From the NCBI GenBank assembly GCA_950097015.1, contig CATNEN010000038.1:17918001-17982000 (forward strand): a stretch of DNA of 64,000 bases, written 5' to 3'. Every line of letters begins with the position of its first letter. Within the stretch, counting starts at the first letter, position 1. Source of the DNA: Macrostomum hystrix (lineage: Eukaryota > Animalia > Platyhelminthes). The notes beneath the pieces are model-generated. The model searched no databases. It saw nothing but the letters and a program-made list of their open reading frames with translations, and was not told the origin of the DNA. Made by a program: the position numbers and the translations under genes. Below are positions 50,601 to 62,000 of this stretch, piece after piece.

Positions 50601-53600
50601 GCATGCATTTGCACAGCTCTTGAACGCTGAGCACCAATTTGGGTAAAAATCTGCGGAAAATCTGTTCGCGAATGTCTCTGAGGAATTTCTGACAAGCCGG
50701 CAGCTTTTCGCCATTTTCCTCAATGAACGGCTTCAGCAGAAACTGAATGGTGTCTCGGTTAGTCAAAGCTTCATCGATGCTTGGAATATTCTACGTGGAA
50801 AATGGATTTAATTAACAGGCAATCAGTTTAGTGAGTTTAGTGAGAGGCATTTTTTAATGCTCAATCGAGACAAGGGTTAACTGCGGAGTGGCATCGCGTC
50901 AAACGGTTCAAAAGGGTCCCCGAGCTCGAATCCTGCCTGCCTGACGATTAAGAAATTCAGACAGAATGTATGTCAGACAGACATACCCGTGTGTATGTGT
51001 GATTAAAAGGTCAGTTGATTGCATGGACTTCCTTGCTGCTGTGGGTCAGCTGAGGGGCGAGTGGGTCAGCGGCTAACGTCGCTGCCTCGCACTCCAAATG
51101 ACGCTAGTTCGATTCACCCTTCAAGTCACGATTAATTTCGGTACTTGTTGGGGGGGTTTGGACAGTAGCGACCGGCGGAGGTGCACCATATTTCGTGCAA
51201 TCAAAGCTTGAAATAATAGCTTCGCTCCTACCTTCTGTGTGCCTGTTCTGCGTTGTATGAGTTATGTGCGTTGGCGCTGGGGCGTTAGACCTTGCGGGGG
51301 GTGGCTGGAGGGCGGGTGTACACCGCCGCGCGCTCCCTGGAATTCCGTCAGCGCGATTGGATAAGTGTACACTCATCACCCGGCCCCCCCTGAGGACTGA
51401 TTTCTTATCAGCCTTCCGCCCCGGCCTGGTCTGCTCTGTGCGTGTGGGGCTGGGGTGGGGGACACTGCTGCCTATTCTGGGTGCCTCCTGCCCTCCCCGG
51501 CTGGTCTGTGCTGTTGTGTGTGGTGCCTGCTCAGGGGAGGCGGCGCGATGGGCGCTAAAGCGTCTAGTTCGCCGGTCTGGGGGCGTGCCGCTCCGTCGCT
51601 TGTGCGACAAGTGCCCCGGGCCCCCCCTGCAGATAGATAGATAGAGAGTGGGTCAGCTGTCCCCCGAAATGATGCAATAAAGACCTCAGCCCTGTTCAAA
51701 TCTTAAATTTTTTGCTCGATTAAAAACCAAGGATCGCGTTTATTTTACGCGTCAAATAACGCACCGGAAGGCCCATCTTGGTTCGAATAGCGCATTCGTG
51801 CAGCCGCACAAGCAAGTATTTTCCTCGATCAAGCAGCCGCTCATTGTCAGTATTGCTAGACAAAAGGCGCAGGCAGATTCTATTCGCATCGTTCACTAAA
51901 CCGGTGAAATCCACGGCTTTTAAATCGCTGGAATATGAAAATAACAAGTTTAATCAGTCTGCAGTGTTTGCGGTGTTTGTGGCCGCCAGTCTGTTGTATC
52001 AGGCCGGTTTGGTTGTCTCGGCCTTGGCCTCGCCCTCTCACCCTTCTCCCCCGTCCCTGCTCTGTGTGCCCTGAGCCGCCACCTGATTGGTGGCTGGGCG
52101 CGGGAGTTGTCTGTAAATCCTTACCCCAGCCCTGCGTAGCTTTGCCCGTCCACCCGGCCAGCCCGTACAACCCTACCCCTCCCTGCGCGCTGTTGGCTTG
52201 ACTTTGGTAGTTTTTGCACCGCCTTCCCTGTCTGCCCCCACCCCCAGATAGGTGTCCTATTTTTTCATTGTCTGCCCATGCCGGGGCACCTCTCGTGCGC
52301 TCCTGCAATAGCGTTTGACCTTTACGATTCGAGCCGCAAAGACGGCTGTTACCGCGAGGACTCAATTTATTTCATGAAATCAAATAAATACACCGAACTC
52401 GTCAGAGAAGCCACCTGCGTCATCTTCCGTTCCGACTGGTAAGCGCTGCATTCGTGTTTTTCTTTTCGGAGTGCCAGGTCCGTACTGTACAATCTTACTT
52501 AGCAGTACTGCGTCCTGACGCATAGCTCAGTTTACTTAATGCTACTGTGGGCGGGTATCCCGAACTGACCACAGTCACTACACTTACTAGGAGCTTTAAT
52601 TCAAACTTACTCAACACTTACTCAACTGCCGCCCCAAGCCGGATCAGCATCATGCCCAGAACGTCTGCCGTCTTCTTGGGTAGCGCTTTTCCATGTTGAC
52701 ATTCAACCAGATCGTCGAATGTCCTTATCAGAGATTGCATGAACGATTGGTCACTCGAGTACATCTGAAATGTGTTTAATGGGAAAAGTCGTTTAAAACA
52801 TAGTAAAGTTTTGTGCTCCAGCAATTAGCTAAGCAGCCTACGTGAATGATGGAACTGCTCAGCGGTCGGTCTACGTAGTAAGCGAGCTTTCGAACCAGCG
52901 CTGCCATGACATTCTCTCTGAACTGCGCAGTCGCTTCATTTGTGGCGTCACAGGTAGCCAAATTGCTCAAGTAGAGCGCTTTCACTGAGTCTGGTATGTG
53001 GTCAAAAAATATCTTCTCGCTGAAATTCAATGTTTAAAAATTGCTTTATGTGTTCGCAAGGGACTCTGCATGGCAAATAAAACGTAGGTTAAACGACTGA
53101 ATAAGTTTAGGCTATGCCCAGAAAAGTTGCAGTTAGCTTGGCCTCAGTTTGGGGGTGGGTGGCAGAGTGGTCTAACGCGTTTGCCTCTCGCATCAAGGTC
53201 CCTGAGCTCGATATCGCGGCGAGGCCAAATTTATTTGGGGGGCACAGCCGCGGAGAGAAGGCTTGGGGGCTTGTCGTGCAATTTACGCCCTGAGGGCCAA
53301 CCTCCAAGGCGCAGTGAAGTGTACGCTGCCTGACGATGAGAAAGTCAGGGCAGATGTAAACACCTGTGTGAGCGTATGCCTGCGTACAGTATCTGTGTGC
53401 GTGTGTGCTCAGGAGTCAGCGAAATGGGCAGAATTGCCTCCTCGCTGGCTGCGGGTCTACTGACACTAAATGATGTGCCCGAAGCCCGAAGCCCTCCAGT
53501 AAATGTTACAATTATTGGTCTCAATTCGTTTTAGGTACGATAATAATTTCTGCAAAGAGTGATGCTGATTCCGATTTATAATTCAGAGTTCGAACCTGAA

Positions 53601-54329
53601 ATTAGACAGCTTGAATGTCACAGTCAAGTCGTTAAGCCGAGATACCGCGTAAGCGTGATCTTTCTGATCAGCCGCCTCGGCCGGTGCCTCGATGCGCAAG
53701 TCTTGGACAGCTAGGAGAAGCTTTCTGGCGCACTCGGGGTCCTTTTGTGAGCATGAAAAGTAAACGAAAAATGTACTTTTTATTCAACATGAAATGGATC
53801 AACAATATTTTTTGCCATAAATTGAGGACACACCTACAGAAGGGAAATTAACGTATCTCACCTCATACTTGCCTCGGTCATCTTTTCCAAGCTGTGTCAG
53901 GTCACTTAGCACATCTACTGTGAATCCGTTCAGCTTTGGAGTCAAGGTGCACACGCAGTAGGTGTCCCATAGGATCTGTCGCAGCTCTGTCTGCCACTTC
54001 TCATTCATATGCCTAAATTTGAGTTTTTCAAATTAGGTTGCTTGTCTGCCAAGGTTCAGCTAAAAACTAACTTTTTAGTTTTCTATCTCTTACATGACAT
54101 CTCGAATATGCACTAGGAACCGATTCACAATGTAGTGACCAGGAGAATTTCGTGCCGGCAGGGGCTGGCTGAGGTCCGAGAAGCGCTCTCGAATGGCTAG
54201 GAGCAGTTTGACAATGTCCTCCTGACATAATGACACCGAAGGAAATCTGCTGCCCAGCTCGTCAAGCACTTTGTTGTTCAGTTGGGCATCGCTGGTTAGC
54301 AAATCAAGCGATTTAAAGTAAACATCCAT
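44692..54329 (-). CDS. Death-TIR-TIR protein copy B: same C-terminal cassette, highly diverged (type B) N-terminal region
   Basis: Exons 45648-44692, 45989-45730, 46329-46056, 47215-46407, 47525-47288, 47779-47599, 48649-48380, 48895-48753, 50790-50494, ~51928-51730, ~52766-52621, ~53020-52842, ~53740-53596, ~54012-53862, 54329-54093. The first exon MDVYFKSL..ARNSPGHYIVNRFLVHIR aligns with A-type MDAYFRSL..RRNSPGDNCVNRFIDHVR. One donor near 51730 is uncertain. Confidence 0.8.
49300..50232 (+). mobile_element. SINE family 1 copy split by a ~600-bp insertion
   Basis: Head and body at 49300-49557. Tail TGTGCCCAGGAGTCAGCGG...GCCCTCCTGCAA resumes at 50163. Confidence 0.85.
49558..50160 (+). mobile_element. 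Probable 5'-truncated LINE 3' end with (CTAGAC)n tail
   Basis: Degraded coding-like sequence, terminal stem-loop TCTCCC-N12-GGGAGA and a simple-repeat tail. Sits inside a SINE. Confidence 0.5.
51053..51647 (+). mobile_element. tRNA-derived SINE family 3 (~595 bp), intact with TSD
   Basis: 12-bp TSD GTGGGTCAGCTG at 51041-51052 and 51648-51659. A box GTGGGTCAGCGG, B box AGTTCGATTCA, (AGAT)n tail. The 3' end resembles family 1 (GTGCCC..GCCC..CCTGCA). Confidence 0.88.
51955..52595. other. Unclassified GC-rich, highly structured insertion in an intron of copy B
   Basis: The corresponding A-type intron is ~40 bp, whereas this one is ~690 bp. Multiple perfect helices at 52500-52575. Confidence 0.5.
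53150..53505 (+). mobile_element. SINE family 1, full-length reference copy
   Basis: GGGGGTGGGTGGCAGAGTGGTCTAACGCG (A box), GAGCTCGATATC (B box-like), hairpin CCTGAC-GATGAGAAA-GTCAGG, 3' GCCCTCCAGTAAA. Confidence 0.9.
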
Positions 54330-54519
54330 GCAAGCTGAAGTAAGAGTACGGGATGGCAGTTTTGGAATTACATTTTTCGATTTTTTGGTGTTTAGTTGCA
54401 TTTTAAACTAGAAACGTAATAGGTAAAAACGTAGTCGGAAAATACCTATGCAGTTGAAGGCATATGAGTAATACTAGACAATACCCAGTCCTGTCCTATA
54501 CATAAGACACACAAGAGGT

Positions 54520-55625
54520 CCTGCTGAAGACACAACAGAAGTCAATACCCTAGCTAGACGCACAACAGAAGTCAATACACTAGCTGAGGCACAACATAAG
54601 TCGATACATTAGCTAGAGGCACAACAGAAGTCAATACACTAGCTGAAGACACAACAGAAGTCGATACCTTAGCTAGAGGCACAACAGAAGTCGATACATT
54701 AGCTGAGGCACAACAGAAGTCGATACCTTAGCTAGAGACACAACAGAAGTCAATACCCTTATAGCTGAAGACACAACGGAAGTCGATACATTAGCTAGAG
54801 GCACAACAGAAGTCGATATACTAGCTAGAGGCACAACAGAAGTCAATACCCTAGCTGAAGACACAACGGAAGTCGATACACTAGCTAGAGACACAACAGA
54901 AGTCAATACCCTAGCTAGAGGCACAACTGAAGTCAATACATTAGCTAGAGGCACAACAGAAGTCGATACCTTAGCTAGAGACACAACAGAAGTCGATACA
55001 TTAGCTAGAGGCACAACAGAAGTCGATACATGAGCTAAAGGTACAATAGAAGTCAATACACTAGCTAGAGGCACAACAGAAGTCGATATATTAGCTAGAG
55101 GCACAACAGAAGTTGATACACTAGCTAGAGGCACAACATTAGTCAATACACTAGCTGAAGACACAACAGAAGTCGATACATTAGCTAGAGGCACAACATT
55201 AGTCAATACACTAGCTGAAGACACAACAGAAGTCAATACCCTAGCTTAAGGCACAACAGAAGTCGATACTTTAGCTGAGGCACAACAGAAGTCGATATAC
55301 TAGCTGAGGCACAACAGAAGTCGATACATTAGCTAGAGGCACAACAGAAGTCGATACACTAGCTAAAGGCACAACAGAAGTCGATACATTAGCTAGAGAC
55401 ACAACAGAAGTCGATACCTTAGCTAGAGACACAACAGAAGTCAATACACTAGCTGAAGACACAACAGAAGTCAATACCCTAGCTGAAGACACAACAGAAG
55501 TCGATACCTTAGCTAGAGACACAACAGAAGTCGATACCTTAGCTAGAGACACAACAGAAGTCAATACCCTAGCTGAAGACACAACAGAAGTCAATACCCT
55601 AGCTGAGGCACAACTGAAGTCGATA
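54520..55625. repeat. ~30-bp minisatellite AGCTAGAGGCACAACAGAAGTCGATACATT between copies A2 and B
   Basis: About 37 tandem units. Confidence 0.97.
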
Positions 55626-56056
55626 AAACAAGTCGAGTAAAATATTATTACTTCAGTATCTAAAAACAAACTTTAGGTCGCCGTTAAAGTGCACTAAAGA
55701 CTAATGTAGAGAAAAAAAGCTTAAAACCAACGTTAGTTCTATCACTAAAAGTAGAAAGTCGGATTCGACCACGTACGAGGTATATATAAATGTCTTCATA
55801 CGAGGTCGTAATTGTAAAAATGATCAAAGAATAAATAAATAAGGAAAAAATATATACGATTGTAAATCATGATAAAAATCATTAGTACGCTCGGATACTA
55901 TAGATTTTCTAACAGGTGAGTAAATATATTCAGAATTTTAGAGAAGGACTTGTTTAAGACGAGCTAAAACATGAGGAATCTTGAAACAATTAACTTGAAG
56001 GACCTATTGTTAAAATATGTCTAAACACTAGAACTGAACTGATGCACAGATCGGCA

Positions 56057-59000
56057 TCACAGCAGCTCGCACGTCTTCGACCGCCCAGCAGCGCTATGAA
56101 CTCTGGCCAGCTTCTCTCGCTTCTTCTCACTCAGAGGGGGTCGCTGGTTCGAACCGCCACCGGAACCAGTCGGGTTGCCAGCAGTGATGGTCGTGGAGAC
56201 CTCTTTGATGCTTACGCTTTCTTTAACAGCCGCTTCGGGCACAAACTGCGTCAGTCTGGCATGGATCTCCTGGAACTTCTCTCCTCGCCACGTCAGCTGA
56301 TCGTCCGCGTCCTTGTACATCTGGACGTAGATGAGCTGGGTGAGCGGCATCGACATCGGACCCTCTGGAGGCCAGGCCATCTTCTCCAGCATCACTGGCA
56401 CAATCGGCTTGCGGATGGCGTCAGCGAGACTCACCTCGCGCCTGCAGTTGGGCGAGGCGGCGTACTTGGGAGTGACGAAGGCCAGCAGAACACTGCAGCC
56501 GCGAACGCCGCGGTCGATCTTCTCGTACAGCGAGTCGCCTCCGCCCATCTGGAAGATGTCCATCCAGCAGGTGAATCCCAGACTGCTGAGTCGCGAGTAG
56601 AGCGCCTTCACCTCTGTCTGCTTTGCCCACTGGTACGAGAGAAACACCTGACACGCTGCTTGAGGTGCAGCCGACTGTGCGGAGCTGTCACTTCCGCCGT
56701 CTTTGCCGGCCGACTTGTCGGTTCTGGCATCCCCCTTCCGGTCCGGCAGCACGATGATCTCGTCAGCAATGGGCGGCTGCCACCAGTTTGCGTACTCAGC
56801 AGCCACCGAGTCATAGTCGGGCGCAACGGCCAACCGAATTTGAGCCAGCAGCTCTGAGAACTTGTCCGGCGGCCAGAACACTCCGCCGGCTGAGCCACCG
56901 GCCTTGCCACCACTCCGATCGAACATGCGGATGTACAGGTACTCTGTGAGCAGAGGACCCATGGCTCCCTCAGGAGGCCAGGACACTCGCTCCAGCTGCA
57001 CAGGAATCAGGTGCTTGTTCAGCGACACCGACAAGTTCAGCTGCAATCGAGAAATCATGCATTTCAGCCAAATATGATTGCACTTTAGCACCTTTAGCAC
57101 TCGTCATGACCGATCACTCACCTCTCGTCTGCAGTTGTCCGACTTTGAGTACTTCTCAGTCACGCACGCGATCACCACTTTTGCGGATCGAATTCCAGCA
57201 TCGATGGCTGAGAACAGCTTGTCTCCGCCTCCCATCTGACCAATGTCCATCCAGCAGCGATATCCGGCCTTCTCAAGGTGCTGCTTGAGCATCTTCACCT
57301 CCGCCTGATGCGCCCACTGGTAGCTGAGGAAGACGTTGCGAGGAGCCGTGAACTCGACCGGATCGTCCGATGCAGCCGACTCTGCAACCAAATGGGACGA
57401 ATCATTTATTCAGACGACACCGCAACAGCAGCTCACGTGACACTCACCTGCGTTGAGAATGGACGCCTCGACTATGGCTGCTGCGTCGAGCCGATTCATC
57501 TCCTTGAGCTGCTGAAGCACTGCCTTGGACGCCTCTGCTGCTCTGTTGTTTGCGTAGAACTCAGCCAACAGACTCATGCACGGGTCCGGAGTCGTCGTCC
57601 ATGCTCGAATGTCATCAGCTGTGAAGTTGAGCCTCTGAGCCAGCAGTCGCCAGTCAGTGTCGGACTCGGGATTCATCAGGCGCGAGACCTCGCGAGACCA
57701 CGCGGGAGCCGCACTCAGAGTCTTCAGGATGCAGTTTAGGTGAAGAGCGACTGCACTGGACTCGGAGTATGCTCAAAATGATGCAAATGACAGCTCACCT
57801 TCAGGTCGATCTCCTCCACCTTCTCGCCCAGCACTCCCACAGTCACATTCAGGTCGTCAACACGTCCTTCGGTGACCTCCACGCGTCCACGAACTTGACC
57901 GAGCTCGTCTCTGGTCTGATCCACGCGACCCGACACGTCGTCCACCTTGTGAGCGGTGTCGCTCAGGCCTCGCTCGAGTCCTCCGATCTTGCCGCTCTGC
58001 TCAGTGACCTGGCCTTCCAGACCGACCAGCGAGCGGTTCGCAATCACATCGAGCAGGTGGTTGCAGGCGTCGAGCAGTGCGGGACTCGACTTCCACCGCT
58101 TGATGTCGGACTCTCGCTCGGCCAGCAGCTGCGGACTGTCAACTCCGACGCGTCGCATCAGCGCGAGGCAGCCGGCGAGCTTGTCCGGAGCCGAGTCCAA
58201 CGACAGGTGGTGGTTCACGATGTCACAGATGGCCGTCATTAGATGAGCAGTATTAAAGCCGCACTTTCCCATAGTCGTGATGACTTGTGCGACTAGATCA
58301 ATGCTAGATTTGGCTGCATCCGTCAGCTGGTCCATGCAGCTGGACATGAGCTGTTGTTGATTGTCTGCGAGAGACGCTAATCCATTAAGTACAATCTGCT
58401 GGAAGGGATTGGGAACCTGCAGCATTGACAGGAGGAAGTCGCGCATCCTTCCTGCATTGAACTTGCAGTTTAACTTGCACACGTTGCATACCAAATGGAT
58501 CAAAACTGGCTGTAGGACCTCTTCGCTTTCAATGAGATCCATGATTGCCACGACTTGAGCAGCCAACTCATCAGGTACCTCAGTTGCTGTCACGCCTATC
58601 AAACAACCTGTTTTAGATAGAAAGATATGACAAGCTACTTCTCTTACCCGATGGTATAACGCAGCCTTAATCTACGATATTCTTACCTGTCAGACTGGAT
58701 GCGAGTGTGAGAAACTCTTGAGATCCTTTTGCCTTGCTTATCAGCTGCAGAAGCAGTGGGAAGTGCGACAGGAACTTAAACATTGTTTTGCCCGTTGTTC
58801 CCATGCAGCTGATTAAGCCGTAGTTAAGCACAGAAGCATAGGATTCGGGATTATCCAGAGCTTTTTCTACGACCCTGATGTAGAGCGGGTACAGCTGAAC
58901 ATTGACTGGCAGCATCTGCAATGCCGTTTAGTAGCGATAGTACACTGAAGTAGGAAATGCGAGACCATTGTATCTTGCATGCATGAAACTATAATCTCTA

Positions 59001-62000
59001 GAAAATGGCACAAGACTCACAGTCTCTGGAGACTGGGAACCCAGCAGGTAGCTGGACAGGCTGACCAGTACTGAGCCCTCTGGAGAAAGCGATTCATTGC
59101 CCGACATGTCATTCAGCATTAAGTCGCGCTCGAGGCAGATCTCATAGATTGTCCTCAGCTTGTCGACACTGTTGTGGATCTCAGTGGCAGGCTTGGATGT
59201 GCTGATATTCGCGTCGTTTCATCAAATGCGTTGAGAACAGTTTGAGAAGTTTTCACGATATTTTAAATGGTTAAATAAAGAGACATTTCCAAGCTTGCTA
59301 ACGTAGCATCAAATTATAAATTAAAGTTGAATGGGAAGCAATAGGTACTGAAAAGTGCATCCCAGGGAGTCGATCTCCCGACATCTTGGTCAGTAGTCAG
59401 AAACTGAAATGTCCGAGACTCGTTTTACCGAGTCTCACAATGTGCTATTTGCACTTTACCTGTTTATTAGTCAGCCAAAATATCTAGCCCATGTTGATAT
59501 CCACTTGCTTTGATTTACTAAACGTCCAAAGTCCATTTGTTAAAGAATCCTACTAATCTAGTAGTTCTATCGGGTATCTGAGTGCAGCTCGTACTTACCT
59601 CATAAAGCTCACGAAGTTTAAAAGTACACAATGGTAGTTGAAAGATTCGCGGAAGTTTTCCACAGTTGTCAACGGATTTCGCAGCGACTCGATCAGGGTG
59701 TCCAACACGGACTGGAACTGGTCGACAAGCGTTGGCCAGTAGAAAAGGCTCTCATTCCACCAGCTGACGCAGGTCAGCAAGCAGATGCTGCGCGCAGACA
59801 TCACCTTGTACAGGAGGCTGAGCAGCTTCAGTTGAAGCTCTCTCTCCTGCATGACCTTCTTGGCTGGTGACTCGCTGCAGTTGCGGGATTAAGAAGTTAA
59901 AGCTGATTAAATATTTTTGTGTAAGTGTTGTACTCTAGATTGGTATTGGTATTGTGAAAGTGAAAATTGTAAACATCGTTCAGAATAAATTCAATTCTAT
60001 TTCTAATTAAGCGCTTATATAGTTAAAAATAGCAATGACCAAAGAACAATGCCAGTCAAAAATACTGGGATTTCCGATTCGTGTCTCACAATACATCCTT
60101 GATGAAATCCCGCAGTACCCTGCTGACTTTGCTGAAGGATGTGCATAGCTCCGGATTCACTCTCTGCTCTTCATTCAGCCTGCTATCAAGCTGGACTAGT
60201 CTCTCTGAGCACTTGTCTATGAACAGCATAATGCTGGGTTGAAACTTCTGCAAATATAGAAAAAAACTATAAACAAACATTGTTTTGAATTCGAAGTCAC
60301 ATGACTGAAAGTGACCAGAATATCTTCAATGACCTTAGCATTCAACTGAATCTTCTTCATTGCCTGTTCGTCCATAAACATTCGCCGAAAGTAATCGTCG
60401 AACTGTTTGCAGGAAACAGTCAGTATTCTGAGGTACCCTGGCAGGCACACGATCAGGTCGTCAATTGTGGCCTGCAGCACTGGCAGAAGCCTATCAAAGA
60501 TCCTCTCACGGGCTTCCTTGTACAGGGTGTCTATCGGCCCCAGCCTTTTGTTATTTTCTTTCACCGGCTTGCTGAGTAGACACTTGGTGTCCGCTGGCTC
60601 CTTCAGCTCGGACTGGATGCAAGGAAAATCCTACAATGTCCGATAGTTGTTAACGAGTTCGATTGTGACTGCAAAATCATATGCCATACTATAGAGTGCA
60701 CATATCTATAGCTTTGGGTGCTTGTCGTGCAGTCGAAGCCTATCAGGGCAACCTACAAGGAACAGTGAAAGTGTACACTGGCTGACAATGAGAAAGTCAG
60801 GGCACATGTACACACTTGTATACACTTGTGTGAGGATGTGCCTGCGTACATTACGAGCTATCTGTGTTCATGTGAACCCAGTAGTCAGTGGAGTAAGCAG
60901 AATTGCCTCCTCGCTGGCTGCGTATTGTCACTAAATGATGTGCCAGTGCCCACAGCCCTCCTGCAAATGTAACGAATAAAAATATTACTATTATTATGTA
61001 CTCTGCTAAAGCTAGACTGCAATAGGAGTTGTCGGTCTGTCAGTTCAGAAAGGTTTTGCCAGCTCGTAGCTTTTAACTTCCTAGTTTAGACGATGATAGA
61101 GTCGAGTACATCTCAACTCTGGATTGCATTTTAATTTTTTGGCTGAAGACCACACGTTGGCCCGATTGGAACAAACAAATTTTTAAGCAACTAAACAGGA
61201 AATTTTTAGAAAAACAATATTAGCGACTCGTACCTTAAAGGTCAACTTCCTGCTTATAGTTAGATCGTAGATTCGATTGATCAGTGTGACGGCTGGTTTG
61301 AGGACACCTTCGCTCTTGGCTACCCTGATGCGCTTCAGACAAAGCCGCAATGCCTGATCGGCCAGGTAAGAGAAGCTTGTATCCGGAAAGGTACTGCAAT
61401 GTTTGCAATATTAATCACCTGCAGTCACACTCGGAATTTACAAATCAATAGAATCATAAGACTCAAGTTTAGAGACTCACTCAAACGTGTGACCGATGCT
61501 TCTCAGAGCTGCGTCCGTCTCCTCAACGCAGTCTGCTGACATTTCTTCGTCAGCCAGCTTGTCAACAATGTCCAGCACCGCTTTCATGAAGCTCTCATCG
61601 TCGGCAAAGTGCTTAAGAGATCAAAAAAAGATTGGATGAAGAAGAATCTTATTTGGAGATTTTGCTTAAAGCAAAAAATACCGCTTCACTCACAAGCACT
61701 GCAGATGTCAGCTCAGAGCTGTTCTTATAGTCCTTGAGTTTTTCTACCACACTGCTTATCACGTGACTCCGGTATTGAATTGTATGAACACTTTCCGAGT
61801 TGCACTTCTTTAGAAAGTCCAAATAGATGTCCTTGATCAAGCTTGATTGATCGAAAATCATATGATTGCTAAAACATTTTTACCGAATAAATATATAATC
61901 TTGGAGGCATAAGCTACTCAAGTTGAAACCTAGACTTGCACTCACCTGAAACTTCTAATGAATACAGACGTTGTCCTGTGCTGAAGTGTGTACCGAGCGT

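Noticed and set aside
51104-52365. ORFs of 126-168 aa within copy B introns
   Set aside because: They lie inside the GC-rich SINE3 and the unclassified insertion, have low complexity and show no domain signal.
53328-53350. Hammerhead ribozyme in SINE family 1 (CTGACGA..GAAA)
   Set aside because: Only 3 nt separate CTGACGA and GAAA, so stem II cannot form, and CCTGAC pairs with GTCAGG as a simple hairpin.
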